The notes under the pieces were generated by a model. It ran no database searches, was not told where the DNA came from, and saw only the letters and a program-made list of their open reading frames with translations. A program made the position numbers and the translations under genes. Positions 1 to 10,018 of a stretch of DNA of 64,000 bases are shown one piece after another (position 1 is the first letter of the stretch; each line of letters begins with the position of its first letter). This stretch comes from an uncultured bacterium (GTDB taxonomy: Bacteria > Desulfobacterota_D > UBA1144 > Nemesobacterales > UBA2774): contig CAWGRW010000009.1 in assembly GCA_963825135.1 (NCBI GenBank), positions 2,240,001-2,304,000 on the forward strand, in the 5' to 3' direction.

Positions 1-1234
1 TTATACCGCTTGCCCACATGGAAATATAATAGAGAAGTATGCCGAGAAAACCGATCCAGAAGTGCCAGTTCATGAGCCTCTGGCTGTACATCTTGGTATT
101 CCAGAGTCTCGGCACGAGATAGTAAATAATCCCGAACGTGAGGAACCCGTTCCACCCGAGCGTCCCGCCGTGCACGTGGCCGATAATCCAGTCCGTATAG
201 TGCGCGAGGGAGCTCACCGATTTAATGGACAGCAGCGGACCTTCGAACGTCGACATTCCGTAGAACGTTATGGCCACTGCGAGGAACTTGATTATGGGGT
301 CCGTGCGCAGCTTGGTCCACGCGCCCCTCAGTGTGAGGAGTCCGTTAATCATGCCGCCCCAGCTCGGCGCCCAGAGCATTATGCTGAATATCATCCCGAG
401 CGTCTGCGCCCAATCGGGGAGAGCGGTATTGAGGAGATGGTGAGGGCCTGCCCATATGTAGATGAATACGAGGGACCAGAAATGGACGATAGAAAGCCTG
501 TAGCTGTATATTGGCCTGTTCGCCGCTTTGGGTACGTAGTAGTACATGAGCCCCAGGAACGGAGTCGTCAGGAAGAATGCGACAGCGTTATGGCCGTACC
601 ACCACTGGACGAGAGCGTCCTGCACCCCTGCGTAGACCGGATAGCTCTTGAACATCGCTACCGGGATCTCTATCGAGTTCACGACGTGGAGGAGCGTCAC
701 AGTCACTATCGTCGCGATGTAAAACCATATCGCCACGTAGAGGTGACGGACTCTCCTTATCGCTATGGTGCCGAAGAAATTGACCGCGAATACGACCCAG
801 ACGACGGCTATGGCGATGTCGAGGGGCCACTCGAGCTCCGCGTACTCCTTCCCGTGTGAATACCCGAGCGGGAGCGTAATCAGGGCGCCCACTATGATCA
901 GCTGCCATCCCCAGAAATGAAAGTTGCTGAGGACGTCGGAGAAGTTCCTCGTCTTCAGGAGCCGCTGCGTCGAATGATATATGCCCGCAAAAATAATGTT
1001 ACCGCCGAACGCGAATATTGCGGCGTTCGTATGGAGCGGCCTGATCCTGCCGAACGTGAGCCACGGGAGCTCCAGGTTCGCAGGCCAGTACGCGAGCTCA
1101 AGCGCCGCAAGCAATCCGACTATGAATGCCGCGGCCCCCCAGAATATCGTCGCGTAAATAAATTTCTTGACGATGTCGTCGTCGTAATAAATCTTTTCAG
1201 TAATAGCGGTGTTACCCGCTCTGGCGTCGCTCAT
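1..1234 (-). CDS. ccoN: cbb3-type cytochrome c oxidase subunit I (5' part; runs off the window edge)
   Basis: Not in the ORF track (no stop in window). Manual translation from ATG at 1234: MSDARAGNTAITEKIYYDDDIVKKF...FGRIRPLHTNAAIFAF...KEYAELEWPLD...QWWYGHNAVAFFLT...WAGPHHLL; ATGA overlap with ccoS stop. Confidence 0.97.
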   Translation of the reverse strand, partial: MSDARAGNTAITEKIYYDDDIVKKFIYATIFWGAAAFIVGLLAALELAYWPANLELPWLTFGRIRPLHTNAAIFAFGGNIIFAGIYHSTQRLLKTRNFSDVLSNFHFWGWQLIIVGALITLPLGYSHGKEYAELEWPLDIAIAVVWVVFAVNFFGTIAIRRVRHLYVAIWFYIATIVTVTLLHVVNSIEIPVAMFKSYPVYAGVQDALVQWWYGHNAVAFFLTTPFLGLMYYYVPKAANRPIYSYRLSIVHFWSLVFIYIWAGPHHLLNTALPDWAQTLGMIFSIMLWAPSWGGMINGLLTLRGAWTKLRTDPIIKFLAVAITFYGMSTFEGPLLSIKSVSSLAHYTDWIIGHVHGGTLGWNGFLTFGIIYYLVPRLWNTKMYSQRLMNWHFWIGFLGILLYYISMWASGI

Positions 1235-1416
1235 TTGCCCGTTTCCTCCTTAACGTGTTGGTTCTTTTTATCGGTTTCGTAGTCGTCGAGTAGCATCCTG
1301 TGTCCCGGGGTATCGAGGTCGTCGTACTGGCCTTTTCCCGCGGCCCATATGAAAGCCGCAAGGAAAACGAGCGCGATTGCGATTGAGACGCCCAGAGTGA
1401 GGAATATAATATTCAT
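1231..1416 (-). CDS. ccoS: cbb3 oxidase maturation protein CcoS/FixS
   Basis: 61 aa, one TM, FIWA...GQYDDLDTPGHRMLLDD signature; between ccoI and ccoN. Confidence 0.95.
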   Translation of the reverse strand: MNIIFLTLGVSIAIALVFLAAFIWAAGKGQYDDLDTPGHRMLLDDYETDKKNQHVKEETGK

Positions 1417-3866
1417 GCCCGCGCTCCTCCCTCACGGGTCCTCGTCTTGTTCCGGCCGTAAAGCGAGGAGGCTATGAGCAGCACCGAGCTCAACGGCATC
1501 AGCACTGCGGCCGCAAGCGGATTGATAAATCCCATGAGGGCGAATGCCCCGGCCGTGACGTTGTAAGTAATGGAGAAGGCCGTATTCCTCCTTACCGTTT
1601 CCCGTATAACCCTTCCGTGGTCTAACAGGTCGAGAATCGTGAACAAATCGTTCTCGAGTATATAGGCGTCTGAGACCTTCATGCTCTCCCCGACGCTTCC
1701 CTGAATTGCCACCCCTACTTCGGAAGACGAGAGCGCTCCCGCGTCATTGAGCCCGTCCCCGATCATCATCGACCCGCCGCACGCCCGGACGATCTCCGAT
1801 TTCCGCTCGGGCGTCACTTCCGAGTACACGTTATCCATGGGTATTTGAAGCTTTCGGGCGACCTGTCTGACGTTCGATTCCTTGTCGCCTGACAGGATAT
1901 AGAGCGAGTAGCCTCTCCTTTTAAGCTCCGTCACTACGAACTTCGCGTCTTCTTTGAGTGAATCCCCGAGGAGGATTTCGGATAGGGGTACCCCGTCCTT
2001 CCGGATGACGATCCTCGTCGCTATGATTTCGTTGATCTCATTCGGCCTGGATAGGTCGCTCTCCGCCGTCAGCGAATAGAGGTGCCCCCCGGCCCTGCCT
2101 TCGACGCCTTTGGAATAGAGGTGCCTGAAGCCGCTCACTTCGGGAATATCGAGTTCTTCGCCCGAGAGATAAGCGACCACGGCCCTCGCAACCGGGTGCT
2201 CCGATTCACGCTCGATGGCGAGCACTGCGGCGCGGTCGGTTGCGGGAAGCTTATCCGTATCCCAGCTGAGTATCCTGTATACGCCGTTCGTGAGCGTCCC
2301 CGTCTTGTCGAAGAATATGTTCTTTACACGCGGGAGCTTGTCGAAAATCTTGGCGTCCTTTATCAGTATCCCATTGTCCGAGGCGGATTTGAGGAAGAGG
2401 CCGAACGACAGGGGCAGAACGAATACGAATGCGCAGGGGCATGAAATAAGTATGAACGCTATAGTCCTATCGAGTGCTTCGGAAGCGCCGTAGTATGAGG
2501 AAACCGTGAAAAAGGAAACCGCCGCTATAATGCCGACCGCGAAAGTGAATGCGGTCGCGTATCTGTCACTGTAGGTGGAGAGGCCGATTTTACTCCTGTA
2601 GTTATTCTCCACTTCCTCGAGTATCTTTCCGATCCTGGTCGAGTTTCCGGTCTCCGTAATCTCTAGAAGCGCCTCGTCCGAATCGAGTATGGAGCCCGCG
2701 TAAACGATCTCTCCCCTCGATACGGTCCTGGGTATGTTCTCTCCAGTGAGCACGGACAGGTTGACCTCGGCAATCTGAGAGAGCAATCTGCCGTCGGCGG
2801 GGAAACGGCCGCCTCGGGCGAGCTTGATTTTCTGTCCCGCCCGGAGGGATTCCACGGGCTGATAAAAGTACTGTTTCGCGCTATCGTCTCTGACGAGGAC
2901 GCGGTTCGCTGAAAAGAGGCTCTTTCCGAGGGGTTCCCTGTCGTCAAGCCGTCCCTGGACTGTCCTCAGGAAATACCTGCTCGCGAGGAGAAGGAAAACG
3001 AACATGCTTATCGAGTCGAAATAAACTTCCGGGTTGCCGCTAAAGTAGTTATACACGCTTATGAAGAACCCTGCGAATATTACGAATACTATGGGGATGT
3101 CGACGGTCGCCCGTCCCGTCCTGACGGAGCCGAGCACGCTCTTGTAAAAGGGCAGGGAGCAGTACGTTATGACGGGGAGGGAAAGTATAAGGTTCAGGAG
3201 CATGAACTGCTCCTCGAACACACCGCGCGCGCCGGAATATATGGCCGCCGAGAGGAGCATGATGTTCCCCGCGCATACGGCGGCGATCGATAGTCTTATG
3301 AGAGACTTCCTGTTCTCGCTCTTCTTATGACCGCTCGCGTCTTCGTTTTTCTTAAGCGGGTGCGCTCTGTACCCGAATTTCTTTGCCGCTTCCGGAAATG
3401 ACGAGAATTTTTTTTCAGGTGTGAAATTGACCGTCGCAGTGTTGTCCGACATGTTGAGCGAAAGGGATTCGATCCCGGGTACGAAATCCGGTATTTTTTC
3501 AATAAGCCAGAGGCATGCGGCGCATTCGATCCCCTCCACATAAAAATTCATCGTCAGGGGCTTCTCTTCCTTAACATATAAGTCGGTGAAACTCTCGCTG
3601 TCGAGGTATCCGTAGTCTTCCCCTGAGGCTGGGTCTGCCGGGGGGGTTGTTTTAAGTATGTTCTGGGATTCCCTGATACTGTAGTAGTCGTCCAGGCCGA
3701 GCGCGCCGAGAAGCTCATACACCGACCTGCATCCGTTGCAGCAGAACATTTTGCCGTTCGATGCTACGATATTTGACGGGTTTACGGCTTCGCCGCAGTG
3801 GAGGCACCGACCATATTGCAACAGTTCTCCGGAAATGTTCTCTCTCGGTACTATCGTATTCGTCAT
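1413..3866 (-). CDS. ccoI: Heavy-metal (Cu) P1B-type ATPase CcoI/FixI
   Basis: N-terminal CLHC..FCCNGC, HMA GIECAAC, TGE, CPC, DKTGT, GDGLND motifs; start uncertain (ATG 3866 or TTG 3905). Confidence 0.93.
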   Translation of the reverse strand: MTNTIVPRENISGELLQYGRCLHCGEAVNPSNIVASNGKMFCCNGCRSVYELLGALGLDDYYSIRESQNILKTTPPADPASGEDYGYLDSESFTDLYVKEEKPLTMNFYVEGIECAACLWLIEKIPDFVPGIESLSLNMSDNTATVNFTPEKKFSSFPEAAKKFGYRAHPLKKNEDASGHKKSENRKSLIRLSIAAVCAGNIMLLSAAIYSGARGVFEEQFMLLNLILSLPVITYCSLPFYKSVLGSVRTGRATVDIPIVFVIFAGFFISVYNYFSGNPEVYFDSISMFVFLLLASRYFLRTVQGRLDDREPLGKSLFSANRVLVRDDSAKQYFYQPVESLRAGQKIKLARGGRFPADGRLLSQIAEVNLSVLTGENIPRTVSRGEIVYAGSILDSDEALLEITETGNSTRIGKILEEVENNYRSKIGLSTYSDRYATAFTFAVGIIAAVSFFTVSSYYGASEALDRTIAFILISCPCAFVFVLPLSFGLFLKSASDNGILIKDAKIFDKLPRVKNIFFDKTGTLTNGVYRILSWDTDKLPATDRAAVLAIERESEHPVARAVVAYLSGEELDIPEVSGFRHLYSKGVEGRAGGHLYSLTAESDLSRPNEINEIIATRIVIRKDGVPLSEILLGDSLKEDAKFVVTELKRRGYSLYILSGDKESNVRQVARKLQIPMDNVYSEVTPERKSEIVRACGGSMMIGDGLNDAGALSSSEVGVAIQGSVGESMKVSDAYILENDLFTILDLLDHGRVIRETVRRNTAFSITYNVTAGAFALMGFINPLAAAVLMPLSSVLLIASSLYGRNKTRTREGGARA

Positions 3867-4104
3867 CACGGTATTTGTTACTCTTTGACAGTTCTTTACG
3901 GGCAATAACTATGCCATTGCAAATATTAATGAATACGATATTTCACGCCTGCATCCGGTGTCGATTGTCAGATAATAGGACAGAACGTAAATATAATCGA
4001 GAAATTGGGGGCCAAATGGTCAAAACGGCTTATTCGGCGCATTAACGCCTGTATGCAAGACAGTTCAGGATAACGGGGACGCGCGGGCAAAGTCCCTTCC
4101 CCGC

Positions 4105-4200
4105 TCAACTGAACCAAAGATAAAAGCAAAGCGCGAAGAACACACCCATGGCAATAAGAAAAAGGGCGGCGCCGAGGTTTTGACCGGAAGAATCTTTCAT
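4105..4200 (-). CDS. Small single-pass membrane protein, 31 aa (MKDSSGQNLGAALFLIAMGVFFALCFYLWFS)
   Basis: GGAGG 5 nt before ATG; upstream TTGATT-18 bp-TATAAT; hydrophobic stretch of ~20 aa; GC hairpin after the stop. Below the ORF-track cutoff. Confidence 0.65.
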   Translation of the reverse strand: MKDSSGQNLGAALFLIAMGVFFALCFYLWFS

Positions 4201-4301
4201 AATGACCTCCATAGGTGAATATGAATTGATTATATAATCTTTCGGGAGGCGGAATCAACAGTTATTTATCGCTGCTGCCCGCATGCCCCTTACTGCGAAT
4301 A

Positions 4302-4805
4302 TCAGGCTTTCAAGGTTTTAATCGCCTTATTAACCTCAAGCGTCTTCCTCATCTTAAAACACTCGAGCTCGACGCCCTTCCTTTTTTCGACAACGGGACA
4401 CTCGAGCTCAAAGCCAAGCCTTTCGAAAAGGGGTTTCGAAATCCGGCTTGCGTCGGTTGTAAGGTGCACTGCTCCATTAACGATTGCATGGTCCTCGAGC
4501 CGTCTATAAATCTCTGTCGCGACCCCCAGCCTCGAATATTCCTTAATGGTATAGAGAAATGCGATATGGTCCACAGGCTTAAGCTGCCCGAAGGCGACCG
4601 GCCGATTCCCCGATTCAGCGACGAGCGTTAGCCCTTCTGCGAGCCTGTGCCTGATCTCTTCGATCTCGTCCGCGTAAGACACCCACGCCTCTACCTCCTC
4701 AGGCGTGTACATCTGTATCGCTATTTCCCTCACGGAGTTCTCGAAGAGCTCTGCAATACCCTCGGCGTCCTCGGGCTTATACCTGCGTATGGTCAAACCC
4801 TTCAC
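4302..4805 (-). CDS. GNAT family N-acetyltransferase
   Basis: IRRYKPED start, YSRLGVA acetyl-CoA loop, PLFERLGF end. Confidence 0.88.
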   Translation of the reverse strand: MKGLTIRRYKPEDAEGIAELFENSVREIAIQMYTPEEVEAWVSYADEIEEIRHRLAEGLTLVAESGNRPVAFGQLKPVDHIAFLYTIKEYSRLGVATEIYRRLEDHAIVNGAVHLTTDASRISKPLFERLGFELECPVVEKRKGVELECFKMRKTLEVNKAIKTLKA

Positions 4806-4837
4806 CCGGTCACCACCTCCATACCTTCTTCATAATC

Positions 4838-5470
4838 TCAAGCATGGGGCGGGCCCGGAATGAAGTCGAGAATTCCCAACATGACAAATTGAACCCCGAT
4901 GCAGATGAGGAGGAACCCCATTATGCGTGTCAATATCACGATCCCGTAGTTTCCAAGCATTCTTTTAACGCTCCCAGCGATTCGGAGCAATATATAGGAT
5001 ATAACGGCCACTACTATGATCCCGAGCGTCTCGCCAATGTATTCGAATCTCGAATCCGCGTTGGCGGCCATACCGACCGTCACGGCTATCGCCCCGGGCC
5101 CGCTCAGCATGGGCATGGCGAGAGGGGTAAACGCGATATCGTCGTCGGCGGGTATCATGGCTCCCTGAATCTGCGGGTCCCTGGGCTCGGGATTCAGCAT
5201 CCTGAACCCTATATACGTGATAATGATCCCGCCCGCTATGCGTATTCCGGGCAGGGAAATGCCGAAGAACCTCATTATCAGCACCCCGGCGATGAGGAAC
5301 ACGACCAGGATAACAGCCATGTAAACGGACGCGAGCAGCGCCTGCCGGTTCCTTTTGCCGTCGTCCATGTCCTTCGAAAGGGAGATGAATGTCACGGCGA
5401 CGGAGAATGGGTTCACGATGGGGAGGAGCGAGATAATAGTTCCGAGGAGTATCTGAGTGAAGTCGCTCAT
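4838..5470 (-). CDS. MarC family membrane protein
   Basis: IVNPF, IAGGII, PLAMPMLSGPGAI, TRIMGFLL motifs. Confidence 0.93.
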   Translation of the reverse strand: MSDFTQILLGTIISLLPIVNPFSVAVTFISLSKDMDDGKRNRQALLASVYMAVILVVFLIAGVLIMRFFGISLPGIRIAGGIIITYIGFRMLNPEPRDPQIQGAMIPADDDIAFTPLAMPMLSGPGAIAVTVGMAANADSRFEYIGETLGIIVVAVISYILLRIAGSVKRMLGNYGIVILTRIMGFLLICIGVQFVMLGILDFIPGPPHA

Positions 5471-5484
5471 CGCACTATTTTACA

Positions 5485-6629
5485 CTAAACCGCGGGGAGC
5501 CCGTTCCAGAATTCCGTCTGCCCGGCGAATATGCGCTCGGTCACTTCGGGGTCTGGCTCCATGCTCCAGTTGCCGTAGTCCCTCGACCCGCCGAGCATGA
5601 TGCCGTCCGTGCGCGGTATCATATATATGCCCGCGCCTTTTACGAGCGTGATATAGTCCACCTCAGGCTGGGGTCTGAGCACGATGAGCTGTCCCTTCAC
5701 CGGTTCTAGCTCCCGGTCCCCGAAGAGGAAATAGGAGCCCAGGCCCGTGCAGTTCATAATCAGCGGCTCCCTCAATGTAAGGAGCTCTCCGGTCTCGCTG
5801 AAATTCCTCACATATATCTTCCCTCCGTCTCTCCTGAAATCGTTCATCACGGCGTTTAGATAAGTGGGAGAATCTATGAGCATCGTCTTAAGCGTGACGC
5901 ACGAGGGCTCGTCGAACGGGTACTGGCCGGGGACTAATGTCGTGAGCTTGCCGTAGAGTTCGGGAGCTCGTGTATGGCGTCCGGCAGCTCGACGGGGTAG
6001 TCGCCGAAATAAAAATTATCCGCCACCCTCACTCCGTAATAGCTCCCGATGAGCTTCCGGAAATAACCGTACGAGAGTCTCGAGGCCCGGAGGAATTCGC
6101 TGTAAAAAGCGGGGGTGATCGCCCCCGAATCGAACACCGTAAAGGGCGACCACTGACCCGCGGCTACGTTCGATGTCGTATTGGGCGGAAGGTCCTTCGC
6201 GTATATCGTGACGCTCAAGCCCTTAAACTGCATGAGCCTCGCGGTCGCGAGCCCCAGGGCTCCGCATCCGAGCACGGCGCAGCTCCTGTGTCCGAGAGGC
6301 AGCGCCTTCTCCACGGCGAGGTGCGACGTGCCCCACGATAGAGAAAGCCCGCCCCCGCCGTGCCCGTAGTTATGTATGATGTCTTTATCGCCTATCCTGT
6401 CTCTCCGCACGACGAATCCCGAAGGGCGGTAGGGTCTCAAACCGACGGCCTGCCTCACTATCCTGTCCCGTGAGACATCGACCCTGGGGAAGTCGCGGTA
6501 GGGCCTTACAGGGGGTTTTCCGACTGTCGCTGTTTTAGACGCGCATGAGGTCGATAAGGCTGCGGTGAGCAGCCCCGTTCCCGCCAGTCTTATCGCTTCT
6601 CTTCTGCTGATCCGATCGTTTCCGGGCAT
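5485..6629 (-). CDS. FAD-dependent oxidoreductase (D-amino acid oxidase family), Tat/lipoprotein signal; frameshift near 5961
   Basis: ORFs 5934-6743 and 5485-5883 join with one extra base (LPELYGKLTTLVPGQYPF...TMLID); GLRPYR, HNYGHGGGG, GCGALG, NCTGLG, PVKGQ motifs; SRREAI...LSTSC N-terminus. Confidence 0.85.
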
Positions 6630-6803
6630 ATGGTCCTCGGCGCGGATAATCAGACGTCGTGATAGTTCCAATCTACATCTTACGATGTAGTTCCCTCTTT
6701 GTAAAGGAGGGTAAGGGGATCTTTCCGTTTTCTTTCCCGTCATCTATACCAAGTCGCGGCAATTGAGCTTGAAGGCGTCTTCGGCGACTAGAGGCAAATA
6801 GAT

Positions 6804-7526
6804 TTACTTAATCCCCACGAACGCCGCGAAGCACGAATTCTTGTGGAGGACGTCGGCGGTGCGAAACCCGACCTTCTTCATCAAATCCATCTGGTACGTA
6901 AGGCTCCGGGGCGTGTCCTCTTTGTCGATGTAATCGAACACCTTGCCGCTGTAACCGGGGCCGCCCGTGGATTCGAGGTAATCTCCGTACCTTCTCCACA
7001 TCGCATCCTGTACGCGCTCGTCCTCGTGGAACACCAGATCGCTTACAAAAAATGCGCCGCCCGGCTTGAGCAGGCCGTATATCTTCCCGAAGCAGCCTTC
7101 CCAATCGGCGTCGTCCCGGAGGTGATGGAGCACGGCCGCCGCGACTATTATATCGTAATTTGAGGAGGGCATGGCCAGGTCCCTGAAATCCCCGTGGAAT
7201 GTCCTGACCACGCCGGTATTCTCATTACCGAGGCGCTCCCTTGCGCGCTCGAGCATCGGGAGGCTCAGGTCAACGAGGTCGCAGTTCATCCCGCCATTTC
7301 TTCTTACGATGGCGATTGTGTTGTTCCCGGCGCCGCACCCTATATCGAGCAGGTTCCGGGCGTCGGGCTTTATGCCGACGGCGAGCTCCGATATTAGCTC
7401 GAGCATCAGGGGGGCGTCTATAACCGCCTGCTGCCCGGTCTCGAGATTAGAGAAACGCTCGACGTCCGCGTCGAACCTCTCTTTAATTTCACCGACAGTG
7501 GATTTCTTACCGGGAGGTATTTTCAT
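6804..7526 (-). CDS. Class I SAM-dependent methyltransferase
   Basis: LDIGCGAG motif I, VDLS, AVLHHL, LKPGG. Confidence 0.9.
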   Translation of the reverse strand: MKIPPGKKSTVGEIKERFDADVERFSNLETGQQAVIDAPLMLELISELAVGIKPDARNLLDIGCGAGNNTIAIVRRNGGMNCDLVDLSLPMLERARERLGNENTGVVRTFHGDFRDLAMPSSNYDIIVAAAVLHHLRDDADWEGCFGKIYGLLKPGGAFFVSDLVFHEDERVQDAMWRRYGDYLESTGGPGYSGKVFDYIDKEDTPRSLTYQMDLMKKVGFRTADVLHKNSCFAAFVGIK

Positions 7527-8016
7527 GGCGTAATATTCTACCTTTTCGGAGGACGAGCGCCATCGGTATGTGTATTACCCCGTGTATGATTTTTTCATCT
7601 TCAGTCCGGGTGAAGCCCAGGCTCTCGTAGAAGGGCACGGCGAAGCGCGAGGAGTGGACCGTAACCTTTTTGGGAGGACGGCTCTCGGATTTGATTCTGT
7701 CGAGCGCGGCTCCCAGAAGCTCCTTCCCGATCCCTCTCCTGTGAAAGGCTTTTTCGACGAAGAGCATTGAGACGTGCCTCATCTCCCTTATCTCTATCAT
7801 GCCGGCGATTGCGCCTTCAGCCTCGGCTACGAGGACGAAGTGACTGCCTTCCGAGCGTTTGATGAGCGCTCGCGGGTTCGAGTATCTGAAGAATTCCTCT
7901 ATGCCTTCCTCGGGAAAATCCGGGGCTATGAATTCATTGAACGACCTCGCGACGAGGTTCACCACCTCGACCTCTTCGCCGGGGTTTATTAATCTGATCT
8001 GTATGGGATTGTTCAT
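7507..8016 (-). CDS. GNAT family N-acetyltransferase
   Basis: LFVEKAFHRRGIGKELL, AVPFYESLGF. Confidence 0.9.
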   Translation of the reverse strand: MNNPIQIRLINPGEEVEVVNLVARSFNEFIAPDFPEEGIEEFFRYSNPRALIKRSEGSHFVLVAEAEGAIAGMIEIREMRHVSMLFVEKAFHRRGIGKELLGAALDRIKSESRPPKKVTVHSSRFAVPFYESLGFTRTEDEKIIHGVIHIPMALVLRKGRILRHENTSR

Positions 8017-8081
8017 TGGATTGAAGCGACAGGAAAGTATTTCCGAGTAAACGATTCGAGTTTAAAGAATGTGAAACAATC

Positions 8082-8441
8082 TCACCCCCTCACCCACTCC
8101 TTCGCTTCATCTTTCTGCTCGAAAGAGAAAACCCTGACTTCGATGTGGGGGACCAGTTTGGATGCGAACCTTATCCAGGATTTTATCCAGCCCTTGTCCG
8201 AGACGACGGCCTCTTTTTCGATGTCCCTCCAGTGTTTCAGGCCGTAGTGGAGGTCTTTCATAAAAGTATTCACGGACATTCCCTTGAACTCCTCCATCTC
8301 CGCGTAGACCCGGAGCTTCTTATGCTCCTTAAGCGCTCCCTCCATCCTGCTAATGAGCTCGTCGAATTCATCGTCCTCCATCTTCCCGCTAAGACGGAAC
8401 CCGATAATATTCCCTTCCTCAAACGGTATGATTTCGAGCAT
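8082..8441 (-). CDS. SpoIIAA-like (STAS/SEC14) domain protein
   Basis: 119 aa, FRLSGK..., AVVSDKGW, RVF...AKEWV pattern. Confidence 0.85.
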   Translation of the reverse strand: MLEIIPFEEGNIIGFRLSGKMEDDEFDELISRMEGALKEHKKLRVYAEMEEFKGMSVNTFMKDLHYGLKHWRDIEKEAVVSDKGWIKSWIRFASKLVPHIEVRVFSFEQKDEAKEWVRG

Positions 8442-8471
8442 ACATACCTCCCCGCACTCTCGGTCTTAACC

Positions 8472-9251
8472 TTATTGAGCCGCCTGTTTCCCCAGTATGT
8501 TTTCCACGCAGAATACGATCATACGGTAATCGTAGGTGTTCCCTTTCTTCCATAGGGAGCTGCAGTTCTGAATAGTCTGCTTTTCTCTCGAGCCTGCCGG
8601 GTACGTGCGGTTCATCTGACTTAACTTGCTGAGCGCCTCGGTCTGGTTCTTGACGCAGTAATCCTGCATCCTCTGGTCGGCGGGCCATGTCGAAGCGCAC
8701 ATCTGCTCGATCTTGTTGTCAGGCGCGGCCGCCGTCGGAGTCTGCACCAGGGGGTTCATGATCAGCTTGTTCACCTGTCTGACCTTTTCGTCCGCGTCGA
8801 TAATCCTCTGCCTTCCGTCGTATCCCATCTTGGATTTCAGATTATAGTCGGGCTCCGTGCACGCCTTCGTGTACAGGCTGAGCCCGCTTATGTAATCGCC
8901 TATTGCCAGGAGCGCTGTCGACTGTACGTTCACCATCCTCGGGGGCGGCGGGATGCTGTTGAGACGCACCCTGAGCCCTTCCACTATGCCCTGGTAGTAG
9001 CCGAACTCGTACGAGCACACGTCCGTGCTCGAGTTCTGGAGCCCTACGGCCTTCTCGCTCACCGATTTGCCTACTTCCGAAAGCTCGTACAGTACCGGAG
9101 TAATGTCTTTAAGGTATATCTTCTCCTTGTTGCTGTAAACGACGGCCTCCGCAGCGCCCCCGCTCAATAGAACTAGCGGGAAGCCCGCGATCACTATTAA
9201 TGCGAACAGCGAAAACATATATTTACTGATGGATTCGGTCACAATTTTCAT
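8472..9251 (-). CDS. Secreted two-domain hypothetical protein (paralog of 15324-16901)
   Basis: GGAGGTG SD before ATG 9251; signal peptide ending AEA; 6 Cys; aligns by eye with both ends of the 15324 protein. Confidence 0.8.
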   Translation of the reverse strand: MKIVTESISKYMFSLFALIVIAGFPLVLLSGGAAEAVVYSNKEKIYLKDITPVLYELSEVGKSVSEKAVGLQNSSTDVCSYEFGYYQGIVEGLRVRLNSIPPPPRMVNVQSTALLAIGDYISGLSLYTKACTEPDYNLKSKMGYDGRQRIIDADEKVRQVNKLIMNPLVQTPTAAAPDNKIEQMCASTWPADQRMQDYCVKNQTEALSKLSQMNRTYPAGSREKQTIQNCSSLWKKGNTYDYRMIVFCVENILGKQAAQ

Positions 9252-9484
9252 TACGTTTAGCACCTCCTGTCGATTTTCCCGGCCCGGATATCGGGCCCGC
9301 ATGTTTTCGTAAACATAAATTACATGATTATCAGGCGACTTCGAAGCCAAATTTTCTATATCAAATATGGAAACACTCGTGGTATCGGCCGCATGTCCGC
9401 AAATTATATGCGGTCTTAAGAGTTATCTCCACACTGGCAGTTACGTTCGGCGCGGGGAACCGGCCCCAGTCGGCATGAGCGGCC

Positions 9485-10018
9485 TTATTCCTTAAACTCC
9501 TTCGCAAGCGGCGCGTCGAACACGACGTCGATCTTGGGCCCGTCCGCGGCGGAGTCGTCAACGGTGAGCTTGCCGGCCATCCTGTCGGCGGTGTCCGTCG
9601 TCAGCGCCAGCGCGGAAACGTCGTAGTTCCCGGAATACTGCATCATCCCGTCTTTGGTGACGACCCAGTAAACGACCCTGGTCGTGCTCCCGAAATCCTC
9701 TTTCCCGACGGTCATGCCTTCGGTGATACCGCTTGCGCACGAGACGCTCCCGCACTCCGAGATTTTCTGACTGATATCGTTGGGCGTGAGAATCACCGTG
9801 CTCACAATTTTGCTCGGATCGAACGAGTCAGGGGCCTTGATGAGGTATGCGTACTTCAAGTCGACCGTCTTGTCCTTGAGCTTTACTGTTCCCTTCGCCG
9901 TTCCGCCTGCGGCCGACGCATTGGACGTGAATAAATTCAGTCCTCCGGTCCCGAGAACGAGGACCAGAAGGAATACTAACGAAGATACACATAATTGATT
10001 TACCGATAGTCTGTTCAT
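9485..10018 (-). CDS. Secreted hypothetical protein
   Basis: AGGAG SD before MNRLSV; hydrophobic signal ending ASA; beta-rich mature part. Confidence 0.7.
   Translation of the reverse strand: MNRLSVNQLCVSSLVFLLVLVLGTGGLNLFTSNASAAGGTAKGTVKLKDKTVDLKYAYLIKAPDSFDPSKIVSTVILTPNDISQKISECGSVSCASGITEGMTVGKEDFGSTTRVVYWVVTKDGMMQYSGNYDVSALALTTDTADRMAGKLTVDDSAADGPKIDVVFDAPLAKEFKE

Noticed and set aside
62..1282. Plus-strand ORFs 62-859 and 917-1282
   Set aside because: Antisense shadows of ccoN. The same applies to long antisense ORFs such as 10901-12049, 20233-21495, 25430-26368, 52045-53010 and 54108-55040.
3870..4260. FNR box upstream of the cbb3 locus
   Set aside because: No TTGAT-N4-ATCAA match found; only half-sites.
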